This document shows positions 1 through 9,474 of a stretch of DNA of 64,000 nucleotides, piece after piece. Under the pieces are notes generated by a model. That model did not search any database. It saw only the letters and a list, made by a program, of their open reading frames with translations, and had not been told where the DNA came from. The position numbers and the translations under genes were made by a program. This DNA comes from an uncultured Gemmatimonadales bacterium (GTDB taxonomy: Bacteria > Gemmatimonadota > Gemmatimonadetes > Gemmatimonadales > GWC2-71-9): positions 2,336,001 to 2,400,000 of the forward strand of contig CAWHFW010000005.1 in the NCBI GenBank assembly GCA_963828735.1, read 5' to 3'. Position 1 is the stretch's first letter. Every line of letters begins with the position of its first letter.

Positions 1-1232
1 AACCCAGCGCATCCCAGGACGACCGTCATCTGGTTGTTGGTCTCGTGCGCGACGCCGCCCGCGAGGCGGCCGACGGCCTCGAGGCGATGGGCTTCGATCA
101 GCTTCTCCTGCAGACGGCGATTCTCGGTCACTTCTTCCGCGGCGATGTTGATCCCGGCCATTCGTCCATCCGCGTCGCGGAGCGGGAGCCAAGTCGCGAC
201 CCACACGCGCTCGATCCCCGGTTGGGCGTCCGTGATCCCGCGGATCTCGAGGTCCCGGACCGGTTCGCCGGTGGCCAGCAGGTGCTGGAGCTTCGGCTCG
301 ATCTCGTCGGCGAGGGCCGGCGTGACCTCGCGCACGCTGCGTCCGATCAGTGCCTCCACCGGAGAACCGATCATCTCCGCCATGCGCTCGTTGAGGCGGA
401 CGTACCGCAGCTCGCGATCGAGCACGCAGAGGCCCACCGGCGCCGAGCTGTAGACGGCCTCGATCTCGCGCAGGCGGGCCTGCGCCTCATCCTCGCTCCG
501 CCGGAGCGCCGCCTCCTGCCGCTGGCGCTCGGTGATATCGCCGAGCACCCAGGCCCGCGTGGCCAGCCCCTCCTCGTTCTGGCCCAGGTCGGCGGTCACG
601 CGGAAGTGCCGCTCGCCAAGCTGGATGTCCGTCGTCCCGAAGGGATCGCGCATCGCCGGGGCGAGCTCCGGGACCACGTCCTGCAGCCGCCGACCGATTA
701 CCTCGTTGAAGGGACGGCCGACCAGACGGGCGAAGGCGACGTTGCAGCGCACGACCTGGTCGCCGTCGCGCGTCAGACACACGGGGTCGCTGATGAGATC
801 GAACGTGGTGGTCCACTCGCGTGCAGCCGCGCGAATTATCCCCTCGGCCTGCCGCGCGCGAAGAAGGGAGCGCACCGTCGCGACGAGCTCGCTCGCGTCC
901 ACGGGATGGGTCAGGTACCCGTCGGCGCCGCCCTCGAGCCCTTCGGCCTTGTTCTCAGGGCTGGTGAAGCTGGCGGAGATGTGGAGCACGGGCACGTCGC
1001 GCGTCGTCAGATTGCCCTTGAGCCGCCGGCACACCTCCAGACCGTTGAGGTCGGGGAGACGAATGTCGAGCGTGATCAGCGACGGGACATCCACCTGGGC
1101 GAGGCGGAGGGCCTCCAGGCCCGTCGCCGCCTCGCGCACGGCGAAACCGGCCTTGGACAGGACCCGTGCGACGTAGTAGCGCTCGGCGTCGTTGTCGTCC
1201 ACCACCAGGATGGACTCGAGGGCCTCAGGCAT
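1..1232 (-). CDS. Hybrid sensor kinase REC-PAS-PAS-HisKA (3' end runs off window)
   Basis: Manual translation from ATG at 1232 (overlaps upstream stop): MPEALESILVVDDND...LITLDIRLPD receiver, two PAS-like segments, H-box GRLAGGVAHETNN. Confidence 0.85.
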   Translation of the reverse strand, partial: MPEALESILVVDDNDAERYYVARVLSKAGFAVREAATGLEALRLAQVDVPSLITLDIRLPDLNGLEVCRRLKGNLTTRDVPVLHISASFTSPENKAEGLEGGADGYLTHPVDASELVATVRSLLRARQAEGIIRAAAREWTTTFDLISDPVCLTRDGDQVVRCNVAFARLVGRPFNEVIGRRLQDVVPELAPAMRDPFGTTDIQLGERHFRVTADLGQNEEGLATRAWVLGDITERQRQEAALRRSEDEAQARLREIEAVYSSAPVGLCVLDRELRYVRLNERMAEMIGSPVEALIGRSVREVTPALADEIEPKLQHLLATGEPVRDLEIRGITDAQPGIERVWVATWLPLRDADGRMAGINIAAEEVTENRRLQEKLIEAHRLEAVGRLAGGVAHETNNQMTVVLGCAG

Positions 1233-2613
1233 GCTGAATGTCCTCGATCGCGCGGAGCCCGGGGTCGGACAGTCTGGCGGGCTCGACATAGCAGGCCGGG
1301 ATCGTCACGGTGAACGTGGAGCCCACGCCGGGCGTGCTCGAGAGGGTGAGCTGCCCGCCCAACAGCTCCGCGAGCTTCCGCGACAGCGGAAGCCCGAGCC
1401 CGGCGCCGGTAGCCTTGCGCTGTAACGCGCTCTCGAGCTGCGAGAACTCCTCGAAGATCCGCTCCTGATCCTCCGGCGCGATGCCGATGCCGGTGTCGGC
1501 CACCGCGAACGCCACCCGCCCGCCGGACTCCGCGGCGGCGCCGACCCGCACCTCGCCGCGCTCGGTGAACTTGAGCGCGTTGGAGATCAGGTTGCGGAGG
1601 ATCTGCGACAGCTTGCCTTCATCGGTGGCAAACGCGGGAAGGTCGTTCGGGTCGTCGAAGACCAGCGCGACACGCTCGCTGGGAGTGATCGCCCGGAACA
1701 TGCCGCGAAGTCCCCCGAACAGGTCGATGGCAGTGAACGAGGTCGGACGGACGACGCTCCGGCCGGCCTCGATGCGCGCGAGGTCCAGGAGGTCGTTCAC
1801 CATCTCGGCCAGCGTCAGGGCCGCACCTCGCACGAAGCTGACCTGTCGATCCTGCTCGTCGTTGAGAGGGCCGTCCGCCCGATCGATCAGCAGGCCGGTG
1901 ATGTTGAGGATGGCGTTGAGCGGCGTTCGCAGCTCGTGGCTGATGTTGGAAAGGAAGCGCGACTTGAGCTCGGAGGCGCGGGCCAGATCGGCCGCCTTCT
2001 CCTCGAGCTCCGCGTACAGCGCCAGCACGCCGCGGTTCGTCTCCGCGAGCTCCTGGTTGAGGCGCTCGACCTCGCCCTGGTGATCGCGCACTTCCTGCAG
2101 AGCCCCCAGGAGCTCCTGGTTCTGGGCCTGGATCTCACCCAGTGGATCGGGCGGGGTGATCGAGGCCAGCTCGCGGCTCACGCGCGCCACCGCCTCGGCC
2201 GAGACCTGGGAGCCACGGGGCAACGTCTTGCCCAGCGTCACCACCGTGCCGACCCCCGGATTCGTCTCGATCTCGAACCGGTCGGCCAGGCGCCGGGCGC
2301 CGACGATGCCGAGGCCCATGCCCGTCGAGGAGCGGTACTGGCCTTCCAGCACGTCCTGCAGGCGTGCGATGCCCGGGCCGCGATCGGAGACGCGGATCAC
2401 CAACATCGCGGGGTCGGGCGCGAGCTCGAACGTCACCTTGCCGCCGCGGCCATACTGAAAGGCGTTGCGCGCGATCTCGGACACCGCCGTAGCCAGCCGG
2501 GTCTGCTCCAGCGCGTCGAACCCGAGCAGCGCCGAGACCTGGCGCGCCCGCTGGCGGGCGACCACGACGTCCTGCGCGCTTCGGATCTCGGAGGTGAGGA
2601 TCGAGGGGGTCAC
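1225..2613 (-). CDS. Histidine kinase with N-terminal RsbT-like HATPase domain
   Basis: N-terminal ATAVSEIARNA/DRGPGI/GMGLG, coiled coil, SHELRTPL, NALKFT, DTGIGI, GAGLGL; GTG start overlaps upstream TGA. Confidence 0.88.
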   Translation of the reverse strand: MTPSILTSEIRSAQDVVVARQRARQVSALLGFDALEQTRLATAVSEIARNAFQYGRGGKVTFELAPDPAMLVIRVSDRGPGIARLQDVLEGQYRSSTGMGLGIVGARRLADRFEIETNPGVGTVVTLGKTLPRGSQVSAEAVARVSRELASITPPDPLGEIQAQNQELLGALQEVRDHQGEVERLNQELAETNRGVLALYAELEEKAADLARASELKSRFLSNISHELRTPLNAILNITGLLIDRADGPLNDEQDRQVSFVRGAALTLAEMVNDLLDLARIEAGRSVVRPTSFTAIDLFGGLRGMFRAITPSERVALVFDDPNDLPAFATDEGKLSQILRNLISNALKFTERGEVRVGAAAESGGRVAFAVADTGIGIAPEDQERIFEEFSQLESALQRKATGAGLGLPLSRKLAELLGGQLTLSSTPGVGSTFTVTIPACYVEPARLSDPGLRAIEDIQHA

Positions 2614-3611
2614 GCGGCTCCCGCCTCCCGTGCCGCCACGACGGTCACATCGTCCCGCCCGCGGGCGAAATCCCGGTAGAGCACGGCCGCCAGGAGCGCG
2701 GGATCCCGCAATCGCAGCGCCGGATAACGGTCCAGCGTCCACCGGGTCTGCAGTCCATCCGAATACAGCACCAGTACCGACCCCTTCGACCAGGGATAGG
2801 AGAACGTCTGGATCTTGCGGCACTCGTGACCCACGATCCCGGCATGGGACACGAGACCGCGCGTGGCCTCCGGGTCGAGCAGTGTGCCGCCGATGTTGCC
2901 GACGCCGGTGAAGGTCAGCTCGCCCTCCGCGGGCCGGACCTCCGCGATCGCGACCGCGGCGCCGCGGGTATGTCGCATGGCCGCGTGCGCCGTGGCCAGG
3001 ATGTCGGCTGCCGGCTCGGTGGAGTGCTCACGAAAGATCCGCACTGCTTCCGCGGCCGCCGCGGCCGCGCCTGGGCCATGGCCCAGGCCGTCGGCCACCA
3101 GCACCGACCATCGGCGGCCGTTTCCGAACCAGGACCAGGCGTCGCCGCAGACCGTTTCGCCGTGCTTCGCGACGGAAACCCCTGCGATCGCGACGTCTGA
3201 CGGCCAGGACCCCGCCGCCAGACGGAGCCGCGCCAGCACCGCCGTCCCCGCGCCGCTCACGGAAAAGATCTCGCACCGGTCCGCGATCCGCTGCACGGCG
3301 CCCAGCCCCGCGCCGCTGCTGCCGCCGGTGGAGTAGCCGTCGCGCAGGGCCTGCTCCACGCTGGTCATGCCCGGTCCGCGGTCGATGGCCACGAGCTCCA
3401 CCGCGGCCGGCTCCGTCAGGGTGCGCACGAGCAGCTCCCCACCGCCGCCGTGGCGCGCGAGATTGGTCGCCAGCTCGGTGGCGATGAGCGCGACCTTGCC
3501 GGCGTCGCTCTCGCCCGCGCCGAGACGCTCCGCCTCGGCCACGGCCGCCCGGCGCGCCGTGCCCACCTGGGTGGCGTCCTGCACGGGCACGACGAGACTC
3601 GAATTGGTCAC
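2610..3611 (-). CDS. rsbX: RsbX-like protein: HATPase plus SpoIIE/PP2C phosphatase
   Basis: ATELATN and DRGPG; PP2C motifs CGD, ADGLGHG, SDGL, DDVT; position after rsbT. Confidence 0.8.
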   Translation of the reverse strand: MTNSSLVVPVQDATQVGTARRAAVAEAERLGAGESDAGKVALIATELATNLARHGGGGELLVRTLTEPAAVELVAIDRGPGMTSVEQALRDGYSTGGSSGAGLGAVQRIADRCEIFSVSGAGTAVLARLRLAAGSWPSDVAIAGVSVAKHGETVCGDAWSWFGNGRRWSVLVADGLGHGPGAAAAAAEAVRIFREHSTEPAADILATAHAAMRHTRGAAVAIAEVRPAEGELTFTGVGNIGGTLLDPEATRGLVSHAGIVGHECRKIQTFSYPWSKGSVLVLYSDGLQTRWTLDRYPALRLRDPALLAAVLYRDFARGRDDVTVVAAREAGAA

Positions 3612-4015
3612 CGGGTCCACCGCGTGGCGGTGACGCGGGTGCCTTCGCCGACGCGCGACTCGATGGCGAAATCGTTCACCAGCCGCCGTGCTCCGCCCAG
3701 ACCCAGCCCGAGACCGCCGCGGGAGGTGTACCCATCCTTGAGGGCGAGCTGAATATCCGCGATGCCCGGCCCCTGGTCCTCGCAGATGAGCCGAAGCCCT
3801 CGCCGCCCGCCTTCGACCAGCAGCTCCAGGCGCGCGGTGCCGCCCCCGCCGTGCTCCAGCGTGTTGCGAGCGAGTTCGCTCGCCGCCGTCACGACCTTGG
3901 TCTGATCGACGAGGCCGAAGCCGACTTCCACCGCCCATTCCCGCATCCGCTGGCGCACCCGCACGATGTCGTTCGCGCTGCGGATCTCGAACGATTCATT
4001 CCGCTCGACCGTCAT
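3608..4015 (-). CDS. rsbT: Stressosome Ser/Thr kinase RsbT
   Basis: [29 protein letters not shown]. Confidence 0.92.
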   Translation of the reverse strand: MTVERNESFEIRSANDIVRVRQRMREWAVEVGFGLVDQTKVVTAASELARNTLEHGGGGTARLELLVEGGRRGLRLICEDQGPGIADIQLALKDGYTSRGGLGLGLGGARRLVNDFAIESRVGEGTRVTATRWTR

Positions 4016-4391
4016 CGCTCACCTCGAGGACGCGGTCCTGGACCGCCCCTCGGAGCAGATCCATCCCCCGCTCCACGTTGAGCGCGGTGCGGACGCCTGG
4101 TAGGGAGAGGCCCAGCTCGACGAGCGTGATGGCCACGGCCGGCTGCATGCCCACCACGACGGTGGCCGCGTCCAGGACGCGCGCCATCGCGGCGCTGTTG
4201 GCCAGCATGCGGCCGATGAACGAGTCCACCACTTCGAGCGAGCTGATGTCGATCAGCACGCCCCGCGCACCGGTGCGGGAGATCCGGTCGGTGAGGTCGT
4301 CCTGCAAAGTGAGGGCGAGCTGGTCGTGCATGTCCACCTGGATCGTCACCAGGAGGAATTCGCCCATCTTGAGGATCGGGATGCGCTCCAC
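3996..4391 (-). CDS. rsbS: Stressosome STAS protein RsbS
   Basis: [32 protein letters not shown]. Confidence 0.92.
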   Translation of the reverse strand: MERIPILKMGEFLLVTIQVDMHDQLALTLQDDLTDRISRTGARGVLIDISSLEVVDSFIGRMLANSAAMARVLDAATVVVGMQPAVAITLVELGLSLPGVRTALNVERGMDLLRGAVQDRVLEVSDDGRAE

Positions 4392-4402
4392 GGCCGCCTC
4401 GG

Positions 4403-5275
4403 CTACGCGCGCACGGCCGCGCGGCTGACGACCAGATTGAGCCGCTTGAGCGCCATGGAGAAGGCGTCGGCCAGCGTGGCTTTGGTGATCACGTCGCCGA
4501 GGTCGACGCCGAGGTGCACGATCGTCTGGGCGATCTGCGGCCGGATGCCGCTGATGATGCACTCCGCTCCCATGAGGCGGGCGGCGGTCACGGTCTTGAG
4601 CAGATGCTGGGCGGTGAGCGTGTCCACGGTCGGAACGCCGGTGATGTCGAGGATGGCGACCTCGGCGCCGGTCTCCACGATGCGCTGGAGCAGCGACTCC
4701 ATGACGACCTGGGTCCGGGCGCTGTCGAGGGTCCCGATCATGGGCAGCGCGAGAATCCCGTCCCACAGCTTGACGACCGGCGTGGACAGCTCGAGCATGT
4801 CCTCCTGCTGCCGCAGGATGATCTCCTCCCGGGTCTTCTGGTACACCTCGGTGGTGTAGAGGCCGAGACGGTCCAACAGCTCGTCCGCCAGGCGCAGCTC
4901 CTCGAACAGCATGCCCACGTCCTTGCCGAGCTCGTCCCGGAGGCGCTGGAACAGCGCGGGCTTGAGGGAGAAGACGAAGGTCGCGGTCTCCGAGGGCGTG
5001 AACCCCTGTATGCTGCGGCTTCGTGTGATGGCGCTCAACATGTCACGGACGGCCGCCCACTCGGCGCCCCGCTGCACGTCCCTGAACGCGCCCGTCTGGA
5101 CGGCAGTCTGCAGGAGGCCGAGGAACTCTTTGGATTGAGCCTGCAGCTCCTGGTCCGAGATCAGGTCCCGCCGACGGGCGACAGATTCCTGCTGGAGCCG
5201 CAGCCAATCGCGCAGGATCTCCGAGTCGTACTTCCGGAGGATCTCGGGAAGGCGGGTCGAACGCTCGGCGGTCAC
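4403..5275 (-). CDS. rsbR: Stressosome RsbR (non-heme globin-like N domain plus STAS)
   Basis: [48 protein letters not shown] before GTG. Confidence 0.92.
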   Translation of the reverse strand: MTAERSTRLPEILRKYDSEILRDWLRLQQESVARRRDLISDQELQAQSKEFLGLLQTAVQTGAFRDVQRGAEWAAVRDMLSAITRSRSIQGFTPSETATFVFSLKPALFQRLRDELGKDVGMLFEELRLADELLDRLGLYTTEVYQKTREEIILRQQEDMLELSTPVVKLWDGILALPMIGTLDSARTQVVMESLLQRIVETGAEVAILDITGVPTVDTLTAQHLLKTVTAARLMGAECIISGIRPQIAQTIVHLGVDLGDVITKATLADAFSMALKRLNLVVSRAAVRA

Positions 5276-5462
5276 GGGCGCTGCTCCTAAGGAGGTTGTC
5301 GGCGTGGGCTGGGGGCGACGGGATGCACCCTGGGAGGGACGGCGGGAGACGTTACGTCTGTAGCCCGGGTAACCGTAGCTTGAGTATAGCGCCAGCATGG
5401 CGGGCCGCAATGTAGCCAGCGTACCGAGTACGGTGCCTCGCAAGGCATCGCTATGATTGAGC

Positions 5463-7367
5463 ATGGCGCTGAGTTTTCGAGCCCGCCGCCGGTTGGTGGC
5501 GCTCCGGGGTCCCGCCTGGCGGACGTGGCGGCGAGCGGACCGCGCCCGCCGGCGCGCGATCGTGGTGGTCGGCCGTCCGGTTGCCGCGGCACGCGGCATG
5601 TGGGACGAGTTCGTGGACTGGGTGAACGGGCTCGGGCTCAGCGAGAACACGATTCTCCTGGGCTTCGCCGTCGTGGTCGGCGTTGGCGGGGCGCTCGGGG
5701 TCGTCGTCTTCTACAAGCTTATCGACGCTGCTTATGGGCTGTTTTACCTATGGCCCGCAGGCTTCCTCTCGCGCGCGGACTTCCTGGCCTACCGGCCGCT
5801 GGTGACCGCGACCGGCTTCGCCGCGGCCTGGGCCGTCTGGCGACGCTTCGGGCACGGACTCGACGGCCTGAATGTGCCCGACGTCCAGCTCCGCGTCGCC
5901 CGTCAGGGCGGGCGCATCCCGATCCAGCCGGCCCTCGCTCGCACGGCCGCGAGTGCGATCACCATCGGCGCGGGCGGCTCGGCGGGGAGCGAGGGCCCGG
6001 TGGCCGTGCTGGGCTCGACCTTCGGCTCGTGGCTCGGCGGGATTTTCCGGTTCGAGCCCTCCCGCGTGTCGACCCTGGTCGGCGCCGGCGCAGCGGCCGC
6101 GATCTCGGCCGCGTTCAACGCGCCGCTCGCCGGGGCGTTCTTCGCGATCGAGGAGATCCTGGGCTCGTTCGCGGCCGGCGCCTTTTCGGCCGTCGTGGTG
6201 AGCAGCGTGCTGGCGGCCGTGGTGTCGCGCGCAGTGTTCGGCAACCATCCGGCGTTCCCGATTCCGGTCGAGTACGGCTACACGCTCACGCGCGAGGTCG
6301 TGCTCTTCTATCCGCTGCTCGGGGCGGTGACCGGGCTGATGTCGGCGCTGTTCATCTGGTGCTACTTCGGCTCCGACGCCTGGGCCCGCCGGCTTCGAGT
6401 GCCGACGGCGGCGCTGCCCTGGATCGGGGGCGCGCTCGTGGGTGGGATGGTCTACCTGTCGCGCGGGATCCTGGTGGGATACGGCCACCTCGCGGTGCAT
6501 CTCGAGGTGTTCGGGCAGATGGCGTGGTACTTCCTCCTGCTGCTCGCTCTCGGCAAGGTGCTCGCGACTTCCATCACGCTCACCACCGGCGGCTCCGGCG
6601 GCCTGTTCACCCCGTCGCTCTACATAGGTGCCGCCACCGGCGGCGCCTTCGGCGTGGCGCTCCGCGAGGTTTTCCCGGGCCTGCATATCCGTCCGGAGGC
6701 GTACGCGCTCGTCGGCATGGGGGCGCTAGTGGCCGGCGCGACCAATGCACCGATCACCGGCATCCTGATCGTGTTCGAGATGACGAACGACTACGCAATC
6801 GTCCTTCCATTGATGCTGACGACCGTGATCTGCCATCTCGTCGCGCGGCGACTAGCGCCCGACTCGCTGTATAGCGGCTGGCTCAGGCGGCGGGGCGAGC
6901 GGATCGAGCATGGGTCGGATCACGCGGTCCTGACGGATCTTCGAGTCCGCGACGCGTACGAGGCGGCGCCGCAGATCTTCGCGGCGGACGCCCCGATCGC
7001 CTCGCTCCTCGAACATTTGCGCCCTGGGGAACAGACCACCTTCCCCGTGGTGGATGGCGCCGGTGCTCTGCTCGGCGTGATCACCATGGCCGATCTCGCC
7101 CGGCTGGCGGAGGCTTCGACGCCGGATGGCGGCGCCCGCTCGGCGGCCGACCTCGCCGGGCCGATCGAGGCGGTCACGCTCGGCGACTCGCTGCTCGAGG
7201 CCGTCCGGAGGATGGGCGTCCGCGGTACGCCGGCGCTCCCGGTCGTGGACCGAAGCGCTCGGCTCCTCGGGATCGTGAGCCGGAGCCACATCCTCGCGGC
7301 CTACGAGCGCGCTCTGACCGGCGGACGTGGTACCACGGGCGGTGGCGATCTGGATCGTCGGGCTTAG
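5463..7367 (+). CDS. ClC-family chloride channel/antiporter with C-terminal CBS pair (start uncertain, alternative 5598)
   Basis: GSEGP, FNAPLAG, IEE, GGLFTP, FEMT; two CBS-like repeats. Confidence 0.88.
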   Translation: MALSFRARRRLVALRGPAWRTWRRADRARRRAIVVVGRPVAAARGMWDEFVDWVNGLGLSENTILLGFAVVVGVGGALGVVVFYKLIDAAYGLFYLWPAGFLSRADFLAYRPLVTATGFAAAWAVWRRFGHGLDGLNVPDVQLRVARQGGRIPIQPALARTAASAITIGAGGSAGSEGPVAVLGSTFGSWLGGIFRFEPSRVSTLVGAGAAAAISAAFNAPLAGAFFAIEEILGSFAAGAFSAVVVSSVLAAVVSRAVFGNHPAFPIPVEYGYTLTREVVLFYPLLGAVTGLMSALFIWCYFGSDAWARRLRVPTAALPWIGGALVGGMVYLSRGILVGYGHLAVHLEVFGQMAWYFLLLLALGKVLATSITLTTGGSGGLFTPSLYIGAATGGAFGVALREVFPGLHIRPEAYALVGMGALVAGATNAPITGILIVFEMTNDYAIVLPLMLTTVICHLVARRLAPDSLYSGWLRRRGERIEHGSDHAVLTDLRVRDAYEAAPQIFAADAPIASLLEHLRPGEQTTFPVVDGAGALLGVITMADLARLAEASTPDGGARSAADLAGPIEAVTLGDSLLEAVRRMGVRGTPALPVVDRSARLLGIVSRSHILAAYERALTGGRGTTGGGDLDRRA

Positions 7368-7888
7368 CGTCCGACGATCACCGCCGTCTCTTCCGCCAGC
7401 CAGCCCTCCGGCAGCGCCAGCACCTCCCGCGCCCGCACCCGCCGCACCGGGACGATCGCCTCGGCGCTCGCGAGTGCCCGGCTCCCCGCTCCGAAAGTCA
7501 GCAGATAGAGAGTTTCGCCGGCGTTTCGCGCGTGCTCGGCGACAAAGGCCGCGAGCGCGCGGGGCCATCCGCCCGGCGGTGCCGGCACGTGAGCGCCGCG
7601 CCGGTGCCGTTCGAGCGTCGCGAGCAGCGCGTCGCGCGTCCCACGAGCCTCGCGATGGCGGGCGCGGTGGTGCCGTTCGTCCTCGAGCGGGTCGGCATGG
7701 CGAGGGCGAACCAGATCGCACGAGCACGCGCCCACGAGGAGACGGACGACGGTCCGCGCGTCGGGATGGAGATGGCGCAGCCGTTGGTGGTGCGCGCGGT
7801 CGGCCGGCTGGGCGGTCAGGCCCGGCGGCAGCATCGCCCGGACCTCACTCAGCGTGAGCGGGCTCGCGGCGAAGAGGAGGTAGCACAG
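7364..7888 (-). CDS. Hypothetical protein (possible CTG start at 7888; first ATG at 7834)
   Basis: Open frame directly downstream of groES-like gene, contains CSC. Confidence 0.5.
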   Translation of the reverse strand: MCYLLFAASPLTLSEVRAMLPPGLTAQPADRAHHQRLRHLHPDARTVVRLLVGACSCDLVRPRHADPLEDERHHRARHREARGTRDALLATLERHRRGAHVPAPPGGWPRALAAFVAEHARNAGETLYLLTFGAGSRALASAEAIVPVRRVRAREVLALPEGWLAEETAVIVGR

Positions 7889-7891
7889 AGG

Positions 7892-8260
7892 TCAGATCGG
7901 GAGGTCGTCGCGGATCAGGACGAGAATGGCCGCCTGGGGGACGACCAGATACTTCTTCTCCTCGAACGAGATCTCGACCGCGGCCTTGCGGAAGAAGATG
8001 GCGTGATCCCCGACGCGTGCCTGCATCCCGCGGTTCTTGCTTTCGCGCGCGTCCACTCTCCAGGGCTCGTCGTCGAGCGTGCTGAGGTCGGCGATCGGCG
8101 TACCGGGCCCGGTCGCGACGATGAGGCCGGTCTGGACCTGCTGCGAGTCGATCGCCGTGGCCGGAAGGTACAGTCCCACGCGGGTACGATCGTCACCGTC
8201 CTCCGCGGTGATGAGCACCCGATCGCCGACGACCATCAGCTGCTTCTGGGGAAACTCCAT
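7892..8260 (-). CDS. GroES/Cpn10-family protein (no groEL adjacent)
   Basis: GDRVLI, TRVGLYLP, GLIVATGPG, VGD, YLVV..ILV pattern. Confidence 0.8.
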   Translation of the reverse strand: MEFPQKQLMVVGDRVLITAEDGDDRTRVGLYLPATAIDSQQVQTGLIVATGPGTPIADLSTLDDEPWRVDARESKNRGMQARVGDHAIFFRKAAVEISFEEKKYLVVPQAAILVLIRDDLPI

Positions 8261-8261
8261 C

Positions 8262-8756
8262 TCATCCGTTTCCGTTGATGCCGCTGCCCTCGGCCTGATG
8301 CACGGTGACGAGCTCGAGAATGCGGAGCTTGCGCATCGCGGTGGGTAGGCGAAGGCTGATCTCGTCCCCGACTCGGCCGTTGGAGAGCGCGCGGCCGAGG
8401 GGTGAGGCGAGCGAGATGTGGCCCGCGTCGAAGTCCATCATCTCCGCGAGCACCACCATATAGGTATCGGTGTCGTTGGTGTCGAGGTCGAGTACCGTGA
8501 CCCGGGAGCCGAGCCCAACGCGGTCGGTCGGGGCTTCGGTGTTGGCGAGCTGGCTCAGCTGGTTGAGCCGCTGATGCAGCTGGCCAAGGCGCGCCTGCAC
8601 GAACTGCTGACGCTCGAGCGCCGCCTTGTACTCGCTGTTCTCCCGGAGATCACCGAGCTCGACCGCCTGGGCGATAGCCTGCGGCAGCAGCACGTTCAAT
8701 TCATGGCTGAGCTGATCGATTTCGCGGCCCAGCTTCTCCCGCATTTCACGGATCAT
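8262..8756 (-). CDS. greA: Transcription elongation factor GreA
   Basis: GDLRENSEY with the acidic pair, ISLASPLGRAL. Confidence 0.92.
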   Translation of the reverse strand: MIREMREKLGREIDQLSHELNVLLPQAIAQAVELGDLRENSEYKAALERQQFVQARLGQLHQRLNQLSQLANTEAPTDRVGLGSRVTVLDLDTNDTDTYMVVLAEMMDFDAGHISLASPLGRALSNGRVGDEISLRLPTAMRKLRILELVTVHQAEGSGINGNG

Positions 8757-8770
8757 GGTCCAACCGGGCG

Positions 8771-8807
8771 ATAAAGAAAAGACGGCCCCGAGCGGCGGCG
8801 CTCAGGG
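8771..8807 (-). terminator. Intrinsic terminator-like hairpin immediately upstream of greA
   Basis: Minus strand CCCTGAGCG-CCGC-CGCTCGGGG followed by CCGTCTTTTCTTTAT. Confidence 0.6.
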
Positions 8808-9009
8808 CGGAGGTGGAAGCGACTTACCAAAGATACCACCGGCACCGCGAGTGCGGAATCCGGCGTCCAGTAACCCATTGGATGCTTGCCGCTTGCAGGC
8901 CGTGGCGAGGACGGCCGCCGTCCCCAGCCCGGGCGGGGACTCGAGTTTGGGGGTGAGATCTTGGGTCGCCGTGGACCTCACGCAGGTGCACCTGGTGACC
9001 GGTGCGGAG

Positions 9010-9195
9010 GTCCTGATGGAGACCTGTTCGACACGTTCTCAGACGCCGCGCACACGACGAAAGCCCATGATTGGGTGTGCCGGTACCGGGCAACCCGGGG
9101 TCCGCGGGGAACCAAGGGGTCCAGCGCGAGAGGGTTGGGAAGACCGGGTTCAGGGGTCGCGGCGCGGGGCAAGTCGACTGGGGTACGGGAGACAG
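9010..9195 (+). ncRNA. Candidate structured ncRNA, 6S-like
   Basis: Long-range pairing CGCCGCG(9044-50)/CGCGGCG(9158-64), TCGA/TCGA, AGCCC/GGGTT; TGTTCG and GGGTTCA motifs; about 185 nt. Folded by eye only. Confidence 0.3.
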
Positions 9196-9386
9196 CTACG
9201 GAAGTAGTAGCTTGCGCTACTCACTCGTTTCGCGCCAGTTCGTGAACCGCGAGAATCGTCTCTCCGCAGGTGTCCGAACGTACATGTAGCACTGTGCGGC
9301 GCGGCGGTTACTGATGAAAGCACAGGACCGCCGACTCGCCCGCGGCGCGATCGGCCAAGCGTATTGGGCGCAAGGCGCGGAGTTCC

Positions 9387-9415
9387 TTGACCTTCCGGAT
9401 CGAAACCCGTAAACT
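9387..9415 (+). promoter_or_regulatory. Sigma70-type promoter of the cox operon
   Basis: TTGACC-N17-TAAACT about 60 nt upstream of coxB ATG. Confidence 0.55.
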
Positions 9416-9474
9416 GCGGCGGCTTGTTACCCCGCGGTGTGGACGTCGATTCTCGCCAACAGGATGGCCGCGTA

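Noticed and set aside
8948..8975. tmRNA-like 5' GGGGGTGA
   Set aside because: No following TTCGAC and no T-arm/CCA 3' end
9011..9065. Hammerhead-like CTGATGG...CGAAA, and CTGATGA at about 9311
   Set aside because: Core spacing and stems I-III do not assemble
9080..9205. c-di-AMP (ydaO) riboswitch-like GGGGAACC..GGGGT..CAGCTA
   Set aside because: Lacks the GAATC and CCCGAA elements; resemblance is only partial
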